Positions 9,063 through 17,142 of a DNA stretch of 64,000 nucleotides are shown here, in pieces. Below the pieces are notes generated by a model that was given only the letters and a program-made list of their open reading frames with translations, had not been told where the DNA came from and ran no database searches. The translations under genes were made by a program, and so were the position numbers. Source of the stretch: Vicinamibacterales bacterium (lineage in GTDB: Bacteria; Acidobacteriota; Vicinamibacteria; Vicinamibacterales; UBA8438); the NCBI GenBank assembly GCA_963666855.2, contig CAXXTG010000281.1:10035-74034 (forward strand). Direction: 5' to 3'. Numbering within the stretch: position 1 is the first letter of the stretch; every line of letters starts with the position of its first letter.

Positions 9063-9941
9063 ATGGATCTGCAACTCGACGGCAAGGTCGCCGTCATCAC
9101 CGGATCGAGCCGCGGGCTGGGGTTGGCCGGCGCGCGCTCGCTCGTGGGCGAGGGCGCCCGGGTGTGCCTCTCGGCCCGCGGCGCCGGGCGGCTGGCCGAC
9201 GCCGTGGCCGAGCTGCGCGCCGCGGCCGCCGAGCGGCGCGTGGCGGGGGCCGAACCGGGCGCCGCCGCCGGACTGGCCGGGTCGGCCGCCGAGCTTGGTG
9301 CCGCCGCCGAACCGCCCGGCGCGGCCCCCGGGGACGAAGGCGTCATCGGGATCGAGGCGGACCTGAGCACCGAGGCCGGGGTGGCCCGCGTCATCGACGG
9401 CGCGGTCGAGGCGTTCGGCGGGCTCGACATCCTCGTCAACAACGTGGGCAAGGCCGGCGGCGGAGGGATAACCGAAGCGACCGACGCCGAGTGGCGGGCG
9501 GCGCTCGACCAGACCCTGCACCCCGCGATCCGCGCGTCGCGGCTCGCGGTGCCGCACCTGCGCGCGCGGGGCGGCGGGGTCATCCTGATGATCGCCTCGA
9601 TCTGGGGCCGGGAGTCGGGCGGGCGCATGACCTACAACGCGGTCAAGGCGGCCGAGATCAGCCTCGCGAAGTCCCTCGCCGGCGAGCTCGCGGCCGACAA
9701 CATCCGGGTCAACAGCGTGGCCCCGGGCTCGATCTCCTTCCCCGGCGGCTCGTGGGCGAAGCGCCAGGCGGCCGACCCCGAGGGCATGGCCGCGTTCGTC
9801 CGGCGCGAGATCCCGTTCGGCCGGTTCGGGCGCGCCGAAGAGGTCGGCGACGTGGTAGCCTTCCTCGCCTCCCCCCGCGCGAGCTGGGTCACCGGGGCCT
9901 GCGTCACCGTCGACGGGGGCCAATCGCGGTCGCTGTTCTGA
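9063..9941 (+). CDS. SDR family oxidoreductase (FabG-like) with a low-complexity insertion
   Basis: The protein begins MDLQLDGKVAVITGSSRGLG (TGxxxGxG). NNVG, YNAVKAA (YxxxK) and PGSISFPG motifs are present. A roughly 40-aa Ala/Gly/Pro insert follows the second strand. Confidence 0.8.
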   Translation: MDLQLDGKVAVITGSSRGLGLAGARSLVGEGARVCLSARGAGRLADAVAELRAAAAERRVAGAEPGAAAGLAGSAAELGAAAEPPGAAPGDEGVIGIEADLSTEAGVARVIDGAVEAFGGLDILVNNVGKAGGGGITEATDAEWRAALDQTLHPAIRASRLAVPHLRARGGGVILMIASIWGRESGGRMTYNAVKAAEISLAKSLAGELAADNIRVNSVAPGSISFPGGSWAKRQAADPEGMAAFVRREIPFGRFGRAEEVGDVVAFLASPRASWVTGACVTVDGGQSRSLF

Positions 9942-9960
9942 CGCCGGGCGGGGGCTGAAC

Positions 9961-10113
9961 TTGACGGCGGTGTCCCACATCATCCACGTCGACCGCTGGC
10001 GGACCCGGCGGTCCGGGAATCGGGCCGCGTATCGCGTCTTCTACGCCGGTCGGCGGCGCAACCTGCAGGTCCAACGCTTCGCCACGCCCGGCACGATCGA
10101 GGACAGGATCGAT
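9961..10113 (+). pseudogene. Decayed relic of an SNF2-family helicase (motif VI region only)
   Basis: The translation HIIHVDRWRTRRSGNRAAYRVFYAGRRRNLQVQRFATPGTIEDRIDL aligns without gaps to the bacterial SNF2 pattern H(V)[24 protein letters not shown](K/R)[16 protein letters not shown]. Key residues are mutated. The relic is truncated on both sides. Confidence 0.5.
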
Positions 10114-10201
10114 CTGGGAGTCTGCGCCGTAGAACGGTGCAGACTCCTAGCAGGGTTGGTTGGGCGGCAATCGGAGCCGCAGGCGGCGATTTCCGGGCTA
10201 G
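10114..10201. repeat. 88-nt REP/MITE-like element, right inverted copy
   Basis: Contains the hairpin ggagtctgcgccgt-aga-acggtgcagactcc (14-bp stem with one G.T pair). It pairs with 8891-8978. Confidence 0.75.
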
Positions 10202-10464
10202 TGTCCCGTAACGGTGGTTCGTGGAACAATGCTGAGCGGCATTACTTCAATTTTTGCAGGCATTTGCCGCGATTCAAGACGTTCACGAACTTCACGGCCG
10301 GGACACTGGGGATTGCCGAAGTGCGGCGACTGGCCGATGATCTCGCCGGCGGCGGCCGCGGGATCGACCCCGCCGGGCTCTCCGACCACGAGCTGATCGA
10401 TCCGGTCCGCCGGACGTCATGCGCGCGAATCCACGGGCAGAGGACTGACTGACGGGACTGAACG

Positions 10465-12078
10465 ATGTACTGGTATCCACGCTACGTGCCGGTCGGCCTC
10501 CGGCGCGCCCGGGCCTTGGTGAAGATGCGCGAGTTGCGCGAACAGGGGATGAAGGTGCAGCCGGTCGAGCTGCGGGGCCGCACCATCGCCGGCAGCTTCT
10601 GGGGCCGGCGATGGTGCGAGCACCTGGAATCGTTCTCCGACTATGCGAACCGCCTGCCGCTTGGCCGCACCTACCTGCGCAACGGTTCGGTCTGTCACTT
10701 GGCGATAGGGGCCGGCCGCGTCGAGGCGATGGTGGCCGGTCAGGACATCTACCGGGTCGTCGTGCGCATCAGGAGACTCGATCGGCCGTCCTGGGAGGCG
10801 ATCAGGACGGCGTGCGCGGGACGGATCGGGTCGGTCATCGATCTGCTGCAGGGCCGGCTGCCCGACCGGGTGATGGACGTCTTCACCCATCGCGACACCG
10901 GTCTCTTTCCGAAGCCGGGCGAGATCGAGATGACGTGCGACTGTCCGGACGGGGCCGCGGCGTGCAGGCACGCGGCGGCGGTGATCTACGGCGTCGGCAG
11001 CCGACTCGACGACAGCCCGGAGCTGCTCTTCCACCTGCGCGGCGTCGACGAGGCGGAGCTGATTACCGCCGACACGGTGCCGCCGCGCGGCACGGCGGCC
11101 GCGGACGACTCGGCCGGCGGGGACCCCGGCGGCGGCTTCGAAGCCGATCCGGCCGCGGCGGGGGGCGCGCCGGCGCCGCCGCGGCGGCGGCCTGGGGCGG
11201 TTGCTGTGGCGGCACGGCAGCCGTCTGCGCGGCGGCCGGCGGCGGCCGCGGTGCCACAAGCGGCGGCGCGCCTGGCGGTGGCGGGCACTGCGGCGGGATC
11301 GAAGCCGCCGCGGCGGCCGCCCGCGGCCAGTACCGGGACGCGGCTTCAGCCGGTGGCGCCGCAGCCCGCGGCCAGGACCGAGGCGGGGCCTCAGCCGCCG
11401 TCGCGGCAGCGCGGGGCCAGGACCGTGGCGGGACCTCAACCGTCGGTGCGGCCGCCCGCGGCCAGTACCGAGGCGGGGCCTCGGCCTCTGGCGCGGCCAC
11501 CTGTGGCCAGGACCGTGGCGGAACTTCAACCGTCGGCGCGGCCGCCCGCGGCCAGTACCGAGGTGGGAACTCAGCCGCTGGCGCGGCGGCCCGCGTCGGG
11601 GAACGGGGCGGGACCGCAGCCGTCGGCCCGGCCGCCTCTGGCGCGCCCCGTGGCGGTACCGCCGCCGTCGGCGCGGCGGCCGGCCGGCCCCGCGCCGGAA
11701 CCGAAGCCGCTGGAGAAGCCGCCGGAGGCGCCGACCCGTCGATCATCGAATGGCGATCCGCCGGCCACCCCCCCGGGGGCTGACGCCGGTGCTCGACAAG
11801 CTCGAGACCGTCAATCGCCGGTGGACGCCGCCCCGCCGGCCGGGCCCGCGCCCCCGGACCGGGAGGCCGCGGCGTCCGGTTTCCGCCCCACGGGGGCGTT
11901 GATCGCGGGATTGCGCGAGCGGGGCGGATTCTCGGTCGCCGAGTTCGCCGACCTGCTTCAGGTCTCGGCGGCGACGGTGCGTCGTTGGGAGGCGGCGCCG
12001 GGACCGCTCGGCCTGCACGCCCGGTCGCAGGAGGCGCTGGCGGCGCTGCGCCTGGTCATCGAGAATCAGGAGGAATGA
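10465..12078 (+). CDS. SWIM zinc-finger protein with an internal 15-aa tandem-repeat tract and a C-terminal HTH
   Basis: The N-terminal ~200 aa resembles bacterial SWIM-family proteins, with the CxCx6CxH motif (MTCDCPDGAAACRH). The middle is a Pro/Ala repeat tract. The C-terminus GFSVAEFADLLQVSAATVRRWE is HTH-like. Confidence 0.7.
   Translation: MYWYPRYVPVGLRRARALVKMRELREQGMKVQPVELRGRTIAGSFWGRRWCEHLESFSDYANRLPLGRTYLRNGSVCHLAIGAGRVEAMVAGQDIYRVVVRIRRLDRPSWEAIRTACAGRIGSVIDLLQGRLPDRVMDVFTHRDTGLFPKPGEIEMTCDCPDGAAACRHAAAVIYGVGSRLDDSPELLFHLRGVDEAELITADTVPPRGTAAADDSAGGDPGGGFEADPAAAGGAPAPPRRRPGAVAVAARQPSARRPAAAAVPQAAARLAVAGTAAGSKPPRRPPAASTGTRLQPVAPQPAARTEAGPQPPSRQRGARTVAGPQPSVRPPAASTEAGPRPLARPPVARTVAELQPSARPPAASTEVGTQPLARRPASGNGAGPQPSARPPLARPVAVPPPSARRPAGPAPEPKPLEKPPEAPTRRSSNGDPPATPPGADAGARQARDRQSPVDAAPPAGPAPPDREAAASGFRPTGALIAGLRERGGFSVAEFADLLQVSAATVRRWEAAPGPLGLHARSQEALAALRLVIENQEE
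11326..11685 (+). repeat. Eight tandem 45-bp (15-codon) in-frame repeats inside the SWIM gene
   Basis: The units are ASTGTRLQPVAPQPA / ARTEAGPQPPSRQRG / ARTVAGPQPSVRPPA / ASTEAGPRPLARPPV / ARTVAELQPSARPPA / ASTEVGTQPLARRPA / SGNGAGPQPSARPPL / ARPVAVPPPSARRPA. Confidence 0.8.
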
Positions 12079-12082
12079 AGAG

Positions 12083-12104
12083 CGCCCGCCCGCGCGGGCG
12101 GGCG
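12083..12104 (+). terminator. GC-rich hairpin downstream of the SWIM gene
   Basis: The perfect palindrome cgcccgcc-cgcgcg-ggcgggcg lies 5 nt after the stop codon. No clear U-tract follows. Confidence 0.45.
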
Positions 12105-12352
12105 TCCGTGGGTCACCGCGGGAGTTGCGGGCGGCGGGGCCGGCCGCGGGCTTGACGGTCGTTGCTCTCCGGGCAGGTCATCGCGCCGGCGGGCGCGTCG
12201 CGGGCCGCGGGCCGGCCGCGGGCTTGACGGTCGTGCCGGTCGCGCGGGACACTACAGTTACGGTCCGGCCGCGTCGCGGGGCCGGGGACACGGGGCGGGC
12301 ACGCGCGCGGATCGCCGGCGCCGGCCGCCGTCTGTCAGTCAGGAGGCATGAC

Positions 12353-13264
12353 GTGAAACGCAGCATCGTTCTCGCCTTGTTGGTCGGCGTGGGCGCCGTC
12401 TCGCTCGCGGCGGTCGCCGCGCAGGACGGCCCGATGGAGATCGAGGTCGAGCGGCTCGAGGACAACCTCTACGTGCTCAGGGGGCAGGGCGGCGGCGGCA
12501 ACACCGCGGTGTTCGTCACCACCGACGGCGTGGTCGTCGTCGACAGCAAGAACCCGGGCTGGGGCGCCCCGATCCTGGAGACGATCGGGGAGCTCACGGA
12601 CAACCCGGTGACGACCCTCGTCAACACCCACAGTCACCACGACCACGTGAGCGGGAACGTGGCGTTCGCTGACGTGCAGTTCGTGGCCCACGAGACCACC
12701 AAGGCGAACATGGAGGTCATGCGGCCCTACACCGGCCGCACGGAGCCCCCCGTCAACGTGTTCGCCGACTCGAACGGCCACGGGCTGCCCACGATCACCT
12801 TCTCGGACCGCATGTCGCTGGGCAGCGGCGACGACCGGGTCGACCTCTACTACTTCGGCCGAGGCCACACCGGCGGCGACGCCTGGATCGCGTTCCCGGC
12901 CCTCGGCACCCTCCACGCCGGCGACGTCTTCCTGGGCCAGCGGGTGCCGTTCCTCGACGCCGAGAACGGCGGCAGCGGCGTCGACATCCCCGACACCCTG
13001 CAGAAGGCCCACGACAACATCGGCGGCATCGACACCATCATCACCGGGCACAGCGGCCAGATGACGTGGGCCGACCTGAACGAGTGGGCCGCCTTCAACC
13101 GCGACTTCCTGCAGATGGTGCGCGACGGCCGGGCCGAGGGCAAGTCGGTCGCCGAGATCGCGGCCGGGTGGTCGCTGCCCGACGCCTACTCGCACTACGA
13201 CGCGCCCAACGCGGCGGGGGTGCAGCGCAACATCCAGGTGATCGTCGACGAGCTGGAGCAGTAG
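12353..13264 (+). CDS. Secreted MBL-fold metallo-hydrolase
   Basis: GTG 12353 follows AGGAGG (12341-12346). The signal peptide is VKRSIVLALLVGVGAVSLAAVAA and the metal-binding motif is HSHHDHVSGN (HxHxDH). Confidence 0.8.
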   Translation: MKRSIVLALLVGVGAVSLAAVAAQDGPMEIEVERLEDNLYVLRGQGGGGNTAVFVTTDGVVVVDSKNPGWGAPILETIGELTDNPVTTLVNTHSHHDHVSGNVAFADVQFVAHETTKANMEVMRPYTGRTEPPVNVFADSNGHGLPTITFSDRMSLGSGDDRVDLYYFGRGHTGGDAWIAFPALGTLHAGDVFLGQRVPFLDAENGGSGVDIPDTLQKAHDNIGGIDTIITGHSGQMTWADLNEWAAFNRDFLQMVRDGRAEGKSVAEIAAGWSLPDAYSHYDAPNAAGVQRNIQVIVDELEQ

Positions 13265-13386
13265 CCGGCCGTCCCGCCATCCGCGGGCCGCCGTAGGGTA
13301 CGGCGGTCCGCCATCGTCTCTCAGTCGCCCGACGACCCGACGGTGATGTCCAGCACGTGCGGGAGACTGGTAGGTAGCGCTGACCG

Positions 13387-13614
13387 TCATCTCCCAATCA
13401 CGAGCTTGAGGAACTCTTCCCGTGTCAAGCCGGCGTCGCGGATCAGCGATCTCAGGAGACCGCGCCCCAGCTCCCGGTGTTTCGGTACGGAGAGTCGCCG
13501 GCCAGTCGGCCCAATCAGGATCATGTGGCTGCCTTCCGTGCGGTCGAGGGAGAACCCGATCTTCCCGACTATCGTCACGAAGTCGTTTCCCGAGAGAACA
13601 GGAAGTCGCACCAC
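13387..13614 (-). CDS. hicA: HicA-family toxin (mRNA interferase)
   Basis: The sequence LSGNDFVTIVGKIGFSLDRTEGSHMILIGPTGRRLSVPKHRELGRGLLRSLIRDAGLTREEF fits the HicA pattern (GSH, vPxH). A GTG start lies 3 nt after the hicB stop. Confidence 0.75.
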   Translation of the reverse strand: MVRLPVLSGNDFVTIVGKIGFSLDRTEGSHMILIGPTGRRLSVPKHRELGRGLLRSLIRDAGLTREEFLKLVIGR

Positions 13615-13616
13615 CG

Positions 13617-13889
13617 CTACGCCCGCACCTCGACGATCTGAAACTCGGACGAACGCGGCAGCGCAGCGTCGTGCTCTCGCAGACTCGCCAGATAGCCTCT
13701 GATCGCCTCCCGGACGTTGTCGAGCGCCTCTTTCCTCGTCCGTCCCTGACTGTGGCACCCGGGCAGCGTCGGACAGCTCGCCACCTCCCAGCCGTCCTCA
13801 TCTCTCTCGAACACCACCAGCAGTCTGAGGACTTCGTCGTCGTCCTGGTTCCACGGCTCCGGGATCGGGTGACGGGGCGGGATCGCCAT
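13617..13889 (-). CDS. hicB: HicB-family antitoxin core (UPF0150 domain only, no RHH/HTH tail)
   Basis: The sequence LRLLVVFERDEDGWEVASCPTLPGCHSQGRTRKEALDNVREAIRGYLASL matches the family pattern. ATG 13889 is the first Met in this frame downstream of the upstream ORF's recognisable domain (which ends near 13930). The protein may instead be the C-terminal half of a longer frameshifted protein (see 13925-14173). Confidence 0.7.
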   Translation of the reverse strand: MAIPPRHPIPEPWNQDDDEVLRLLVVFERDEDGWEVASCPTLPGCHSQGRTRKEALDNVREAIRGYLASLREHDAALPRSSEFQIVEVRA

Positions 13890-13924
13890 TCGCACGGGGC
13901 GGGGTTCCGGCGTCCAGCCGGCGC

Positions 13925-14173
13925 TGGTGCTTCGTACTCGGAGACGTCGAAGCCGAGTCGCGAGAGAATCCGATGCGCGTCTTGTGCCGTGAAACCGACC
14001 GGCGGCAGGCCGGCGACCAGCCGAAGGACTTGCTTGATCGGGAAGCGCTGTCCGTGAAGTTCGACGAAGTACTTGTTCCGCCCATCGATCGGGGTCGGCC
14101 GAACGTCGCGCGTAGCTGTGAGGATGTCGCTTCGCGTGATCGAGAGCGCCGCGCCGCGGAGTGTGAAGTTCAT
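13925..14173 (-). pseudogene. N-terminal domain ORF without its own stop codon; probably the frameshifted N-terminus of hicB
   Basis: ATG 14173 follows GGGAGG. The translation MNFTLRGAALSITRSDILTATRDVRPTPIDGRNKYFVELHGQRFPIKQVLRLVAGLPPVGFTAQDAHRILSRLGFDVSEYE looks like a real protein. This frame has no stop until 12335, whereas a 1-nt shift near 13905-13935 joins it through a Pro-rich linker to HicB. Confidence 0.45.
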
Positions 14174-14523
14174 CGAGGTACCCTCCCTTCTTTCCGTTAT
14201 TGTTGATACTACCAAGCGTCGGCAGGGCCGTCAAGACGAGAACACCGCCGTGGTCCCCCGCGACGGGCCTGACACTGAAGCAGGCGCGGGATGTCCGCGC
14301 GTTCTGGGTCGCTTGGTGGAGTCGGCGGTCGGCGCTCTCAGCGCCAACGCCGCTGTCGGGGGAGGCTCGTGGCCGTGGACGTCGAGAGCGGACGCGTTCC
14401 CGACGCGCTGCCCGGCATGGCGGTGTTCGCGGCGGCGTTCCGGCCGACGCGGAAGCTGCCGGTCGGCGGCGACGTCGAGAGTTTCCTGCTGACGCCCGTC
14501 GAGAACTGGCTGAGCCCGTGAGA

Positions 14524-14865
14524 CTAGCTGGCCGGCGGGGCCGGGGCGTCCGCCGTCGGGCTTGTCACGGCGGCGGACTCGGCCTCCGCGCGCTTGGGCT
14601 CCGGGGCGGCGGCCTTCGCGGCCGCCTTGCGGGCCTGCTGCTGCCGGGCCTTGAGGGCGGCGACCGTCTGCTGCCCGTACTTCTTCGTGAACCGCTCGAC
14701 GCGGCCCTCGGTGTCGACCAGCTTCTGGCGGCCCGTGAAGAACGGGTGACAGTTGGAGCAGATCTCGAGCCGCAGCTCCTTGCGGGTGGATCGCGTCTTC
14801 CACGTCGCCCCGCAGGCGCAACGGGCCTCGACTTCGTGATACTTCGGATGAATCCCTACCCTCAC
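14524..14865 (-). CDS. rpmE: 50S ribosomal protein L31 (Zn-ribbon type) with a ~45-aa Ala/Lys/Pro-rich C-terminal tail
   Basis: The sequence (V)[63 protein letters not shown] identifies L31. A GTG start follows GAGGAG. Confidence 0.9.
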   Translation of the reverse strand: MRVGIHPKYHEVEARCACGATWKTRSTRKELRLEICSNCHPFFTGRQKLVDTEGRVERFTKKYGQQTVAALKARQQQARKAAAKAAAPEPKRAEAESAAVTSPTADAPAPPAS

Positions 14866-14896
14866 GTCTGCTCCTCTTCAGGTGACCAAACGCGGC

Positions 14897-14905
14897 ATTA
14901 TACCA
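14897..14905 (-). promoter_or_regulatory. Extended -10 element (TGgTATAAT) upstream of rpmE
   Basis: The minus strand reads tggtataat about 32 nt upstream of the rpmE GTG. No good -35 element is seen. Confidence 0.35.
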
Positions 14906-15254
14906 TCGACGCCGCCACCGCCGGGAGCACGGTCGCCGTCGATGCTGGCGTGGCCTCCGGAAGCCGCCGACCAGGAAGTGAGGCGGGAACCGAGCGCCGG
15001 GTTGCGGCCGGTGATCGGGACGCCGGGGTGGGGGGGCGACCCTCGACGCCCACCGGCGGAACAGCGAGAACCGGCGGTTGCGTCGATACCTGAGGGTGCC
15101 GTCTGCCAGTGTGCGCAGGCAGCCCGCCCGCCCGGTCGTTCTCCTCGCATGCGCCCGAACGTTGTGACAGTCGTCACGTTCGATTCCTGACGAAGCGCAC
15201 TGGCGGACGGGCATTGCCCTGCCCCACGATGGCCTCCATGGACAACGGGAGGTC

Positions 15255-17075
15255 ATGATGCAGCGACAATTCTGGATCCGCCGGCAGGCGGCGTTGGCGT
15301 TCGCGGCGGTGCTGATGCTCGCGTCGGTGCCGGGATCGGCGCCCGCCCAGGAACCGGTCACCGTCATTCGCGGCGCCACCGTCTTCACCGGCGACGACGT
15401 GCTGGAGACGGCGACGGTGACGATCCGGGGGCGCACGGTCGAGGCGGTCACGGCCGGCGACCGGCTTCCACCCGCGGCCGGGGGCGACGCCACCGTGATC
15501 GACGGGCGGGGCCTGACCCTGCTGCCGGGCCTCATCGACGCCCACACCCACAGCTTCGGCCCCGCCCTCGAGGACGCGCTGAACTTCGGGGTGACCACCG
15601 TCCTCGACATGTTCACCGAGCCGAACCAGGCCGCCGCGTGGCGGCGCGAGCAGGCGGCGGGTCCCGTCACCGGCCGGGCCGATTTCTTCTCGGCCAGCGT
15701 CGCGATCACCGTCGAGAACGGGCACGGCACGCAGTTCGGTGTGCCCATTCCGACCCTCGACGACCCCGAGCAGACCGAGGCGTTCATCGCGGCCCGCGTC
15801 AGCGAGGGCTCCGACTGGATCAAGGTGGTCTACGAGCACGGGGAGACGTTCGGCCGGCCCATCCCGACCCTCGCCGCGTCGACGCTGCCGCGAATCGTCG
15901 CGGCCGCCCGCGCGCACGACAAGCTGGCGGTGTTCCACGTCAGCACGGCCCGCGAGGCGCTCGAAGTGATCGCGGCGGGGGCCGACGGGCTGGTGCACGT
16001 GTGGCACGACCGCGACGACGCGGGCGAGGCGGTGGCGGCGGCCGTGCGGGCCGGCATCTTCATCATCCCCACCCTTACCATCACCGAGAGCATCCTGGGC
16101 ATGGGGGGCGGGGCCGAGCTGGCCGCGGACCCGCGCGTCACGCCGTTCCTGACGCCGGCGCAGGGGGGCGGACTGCGGAGCCGCTTCGGGGGAGGGGCCG
16201 CTCCGGACGCCATGCGCAGGGTGCTCGACAGGATCGGCGCGCTGCACGCAGCCGGCGTGCCCCTGCTGGCCGGCTCGGACGCGCCGAACCCGGGCGCGGC
16301 CCACGGCGCGAGCGTCCACCGCGAGATCGAGCTCCTGGTGCGGGCCGGCCTCTCCCCGTTCGAGGCGTTGCGCGCTGCCACCGCCGCCCCCGCGGACGCC
16401 TTCGGCCTCGACGACCGGGGCCGCATCGTCCCGGGGATGAAGGCCGACCTCGTCCTGGTGCGCGGCGACGCGACCCGGGACGTGGCGGCGACGCGCGACC
16501 TCGCGGGCATCTGGAAGGACGGCGTGCGCGTCGAGCGCGTCCGCCCCGAGGCGGTGCTGCCCGGCCGGCCCCGGATCGCCCCGCGCGTACTGACCGACTT
16601 CGAGGACCTGACCAGCGATGACCTCGCCGCCTCCGGCTGGATCCCGTCGACCGATGCGATGTTCGGCGGCGGTTCGACCGTCGATCTGCGGGTTACGGGG
16701 GTCGGCGCGGATGGGGACGGCCGAGCGCTGGTCATCGGCGGCGATATCGCGGCCGGGTTCCCCGCGCCCTGGGCCGGTGTCATGATCGGTCTGGCGCCGG
16801 GCATGATGCAGCCGGTCGATGCCAGCGATATCACCGCGCTCGTCTTCGACGCGCGCGGCGAGGGCGCGACCTACCGGGTCCTGGCCTTCGCCGAGAGCCT
16901 CGGCCCGATGCCGGCTACCGTCGAGTTCACGGCGGACTCGGGATGGAGACGGATCGTCGTTCCCCTCGGCGGCATCGACGGGCTCGACCCGACCGGGGCC
17001 ATGGGTTTCCTGATCAGCGGCCCGGGGACGCTCGGTTCGTTCCGGCTTGAGATCGACAACGTCGAGCTGCGGTAG
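15255..17075 (+). CDS. Secreted amidohydrolase with a C-terminal CIA30-like domain
   Basis: A signal peptide is present. Amidohydrolase motifs include GLIDAHTHSF (HxH) and AHGASVHRE...GMKADLVLVRGD. The C-terminal ~170 aa (FEDLTSDD...GSFRLEIDNVELR) resembles the CIA30/carbohydrate-binding-like fold. Confidence 0.75.
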   Translation: MMQRQFWIRRQAALAFAAVLMLASVPGSAPAQEPVTVIRGATVFTGDDVLETATVTIRGRTVEAVTAGDRLPPAAGGDATVIDGRGLTLLPGLIDAHTHSFGPALEDALNFGVTTVLDMFTEPNQAAAWRREQAAGPVTGRADFFSASVAITVENGHGTQFGVPIPTLDDPEQTEAFIAARVSEGSDWIKVVYEHGETFGRPIPTLAASTLPRIVAAARAHDKLAVFHVSTAREALEVIAAGADGLVHVWHDRDDAGEAVAAAVRAGIFIIPTLTITESILGMGGGAELAADPRVTPFLTPAQGGGLRSRFGGGAAPDAMRRVLDRIGALHAAGVPLLAGSDAPNPGAAHGASVHREIELLVRAGLSPFEALRAATAAPADAFGLDDRGRIVPGMKADLVLVRGDATRDVAATRDLAGIWKDGVRVERVRPEAVLPGRPRIAPRVLTDFEDLTSDDLAASGWIPSTDAMFGGGSTVDLRVTGVGADGDGRALVIGGDIAAGFPAPWAGVMIGLAPGMMQPVDASDITALVFDARGEGATYRVLAFAESLGPMPATVEFTADSGWRRIVVPLGGIDGLDPTGAMGFLISGPGTLGSFRLEIDNVELR

Positions 17076-17142
17076 GCGCGAGTTCAGGAGTGCGGCCGGT
17101 CCTCCGGTGCGGCCCGCGCCGGTCGACAAAGGAGAGCACGGC

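Noticed and set aside
9961-10452. The 163-aa ORF as a functional gene.
   Set aside because: Only its first ~50 codons resemble a protein (the SNF2 relic). The rest reads through the REP-like element and a low-GC promoter-like region.
12125-12352. The longer N-terminus of the MBL hydrolase ORF, and the 25-nt direct repeat ggccggccgcgggcttgacggtcgt (12138-12162 and 12210-12234).
   Set aside because: The extension is Arg/Gly-rich and non-protein-like, and an RBS plus signal peptide support GTG 12353. The repeat, which contains a TTGAC -35-like core, may be promoter-related, but I have no further support for that.
14291-14521. A 76-aa ORF between the hicB region and rpmE whose C-terminal half looks mildly protein-like (LVAVDVESGRVPDALPGMAVFAAAFRPTRKL...).
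   Set aside because: It has no RBS and no recognisable family, and its N-terminal half is Arg/Gly junk. It is possibly a gene relic but is not supportable as a feature.
15170-15192. A tRNA-like T-loop string gttcgattcc.
   Set aside because: The flanking bases cannot form a 5-bp T-stem (only G53-C61 pairs). No acceptor or anticodon arms are evident.
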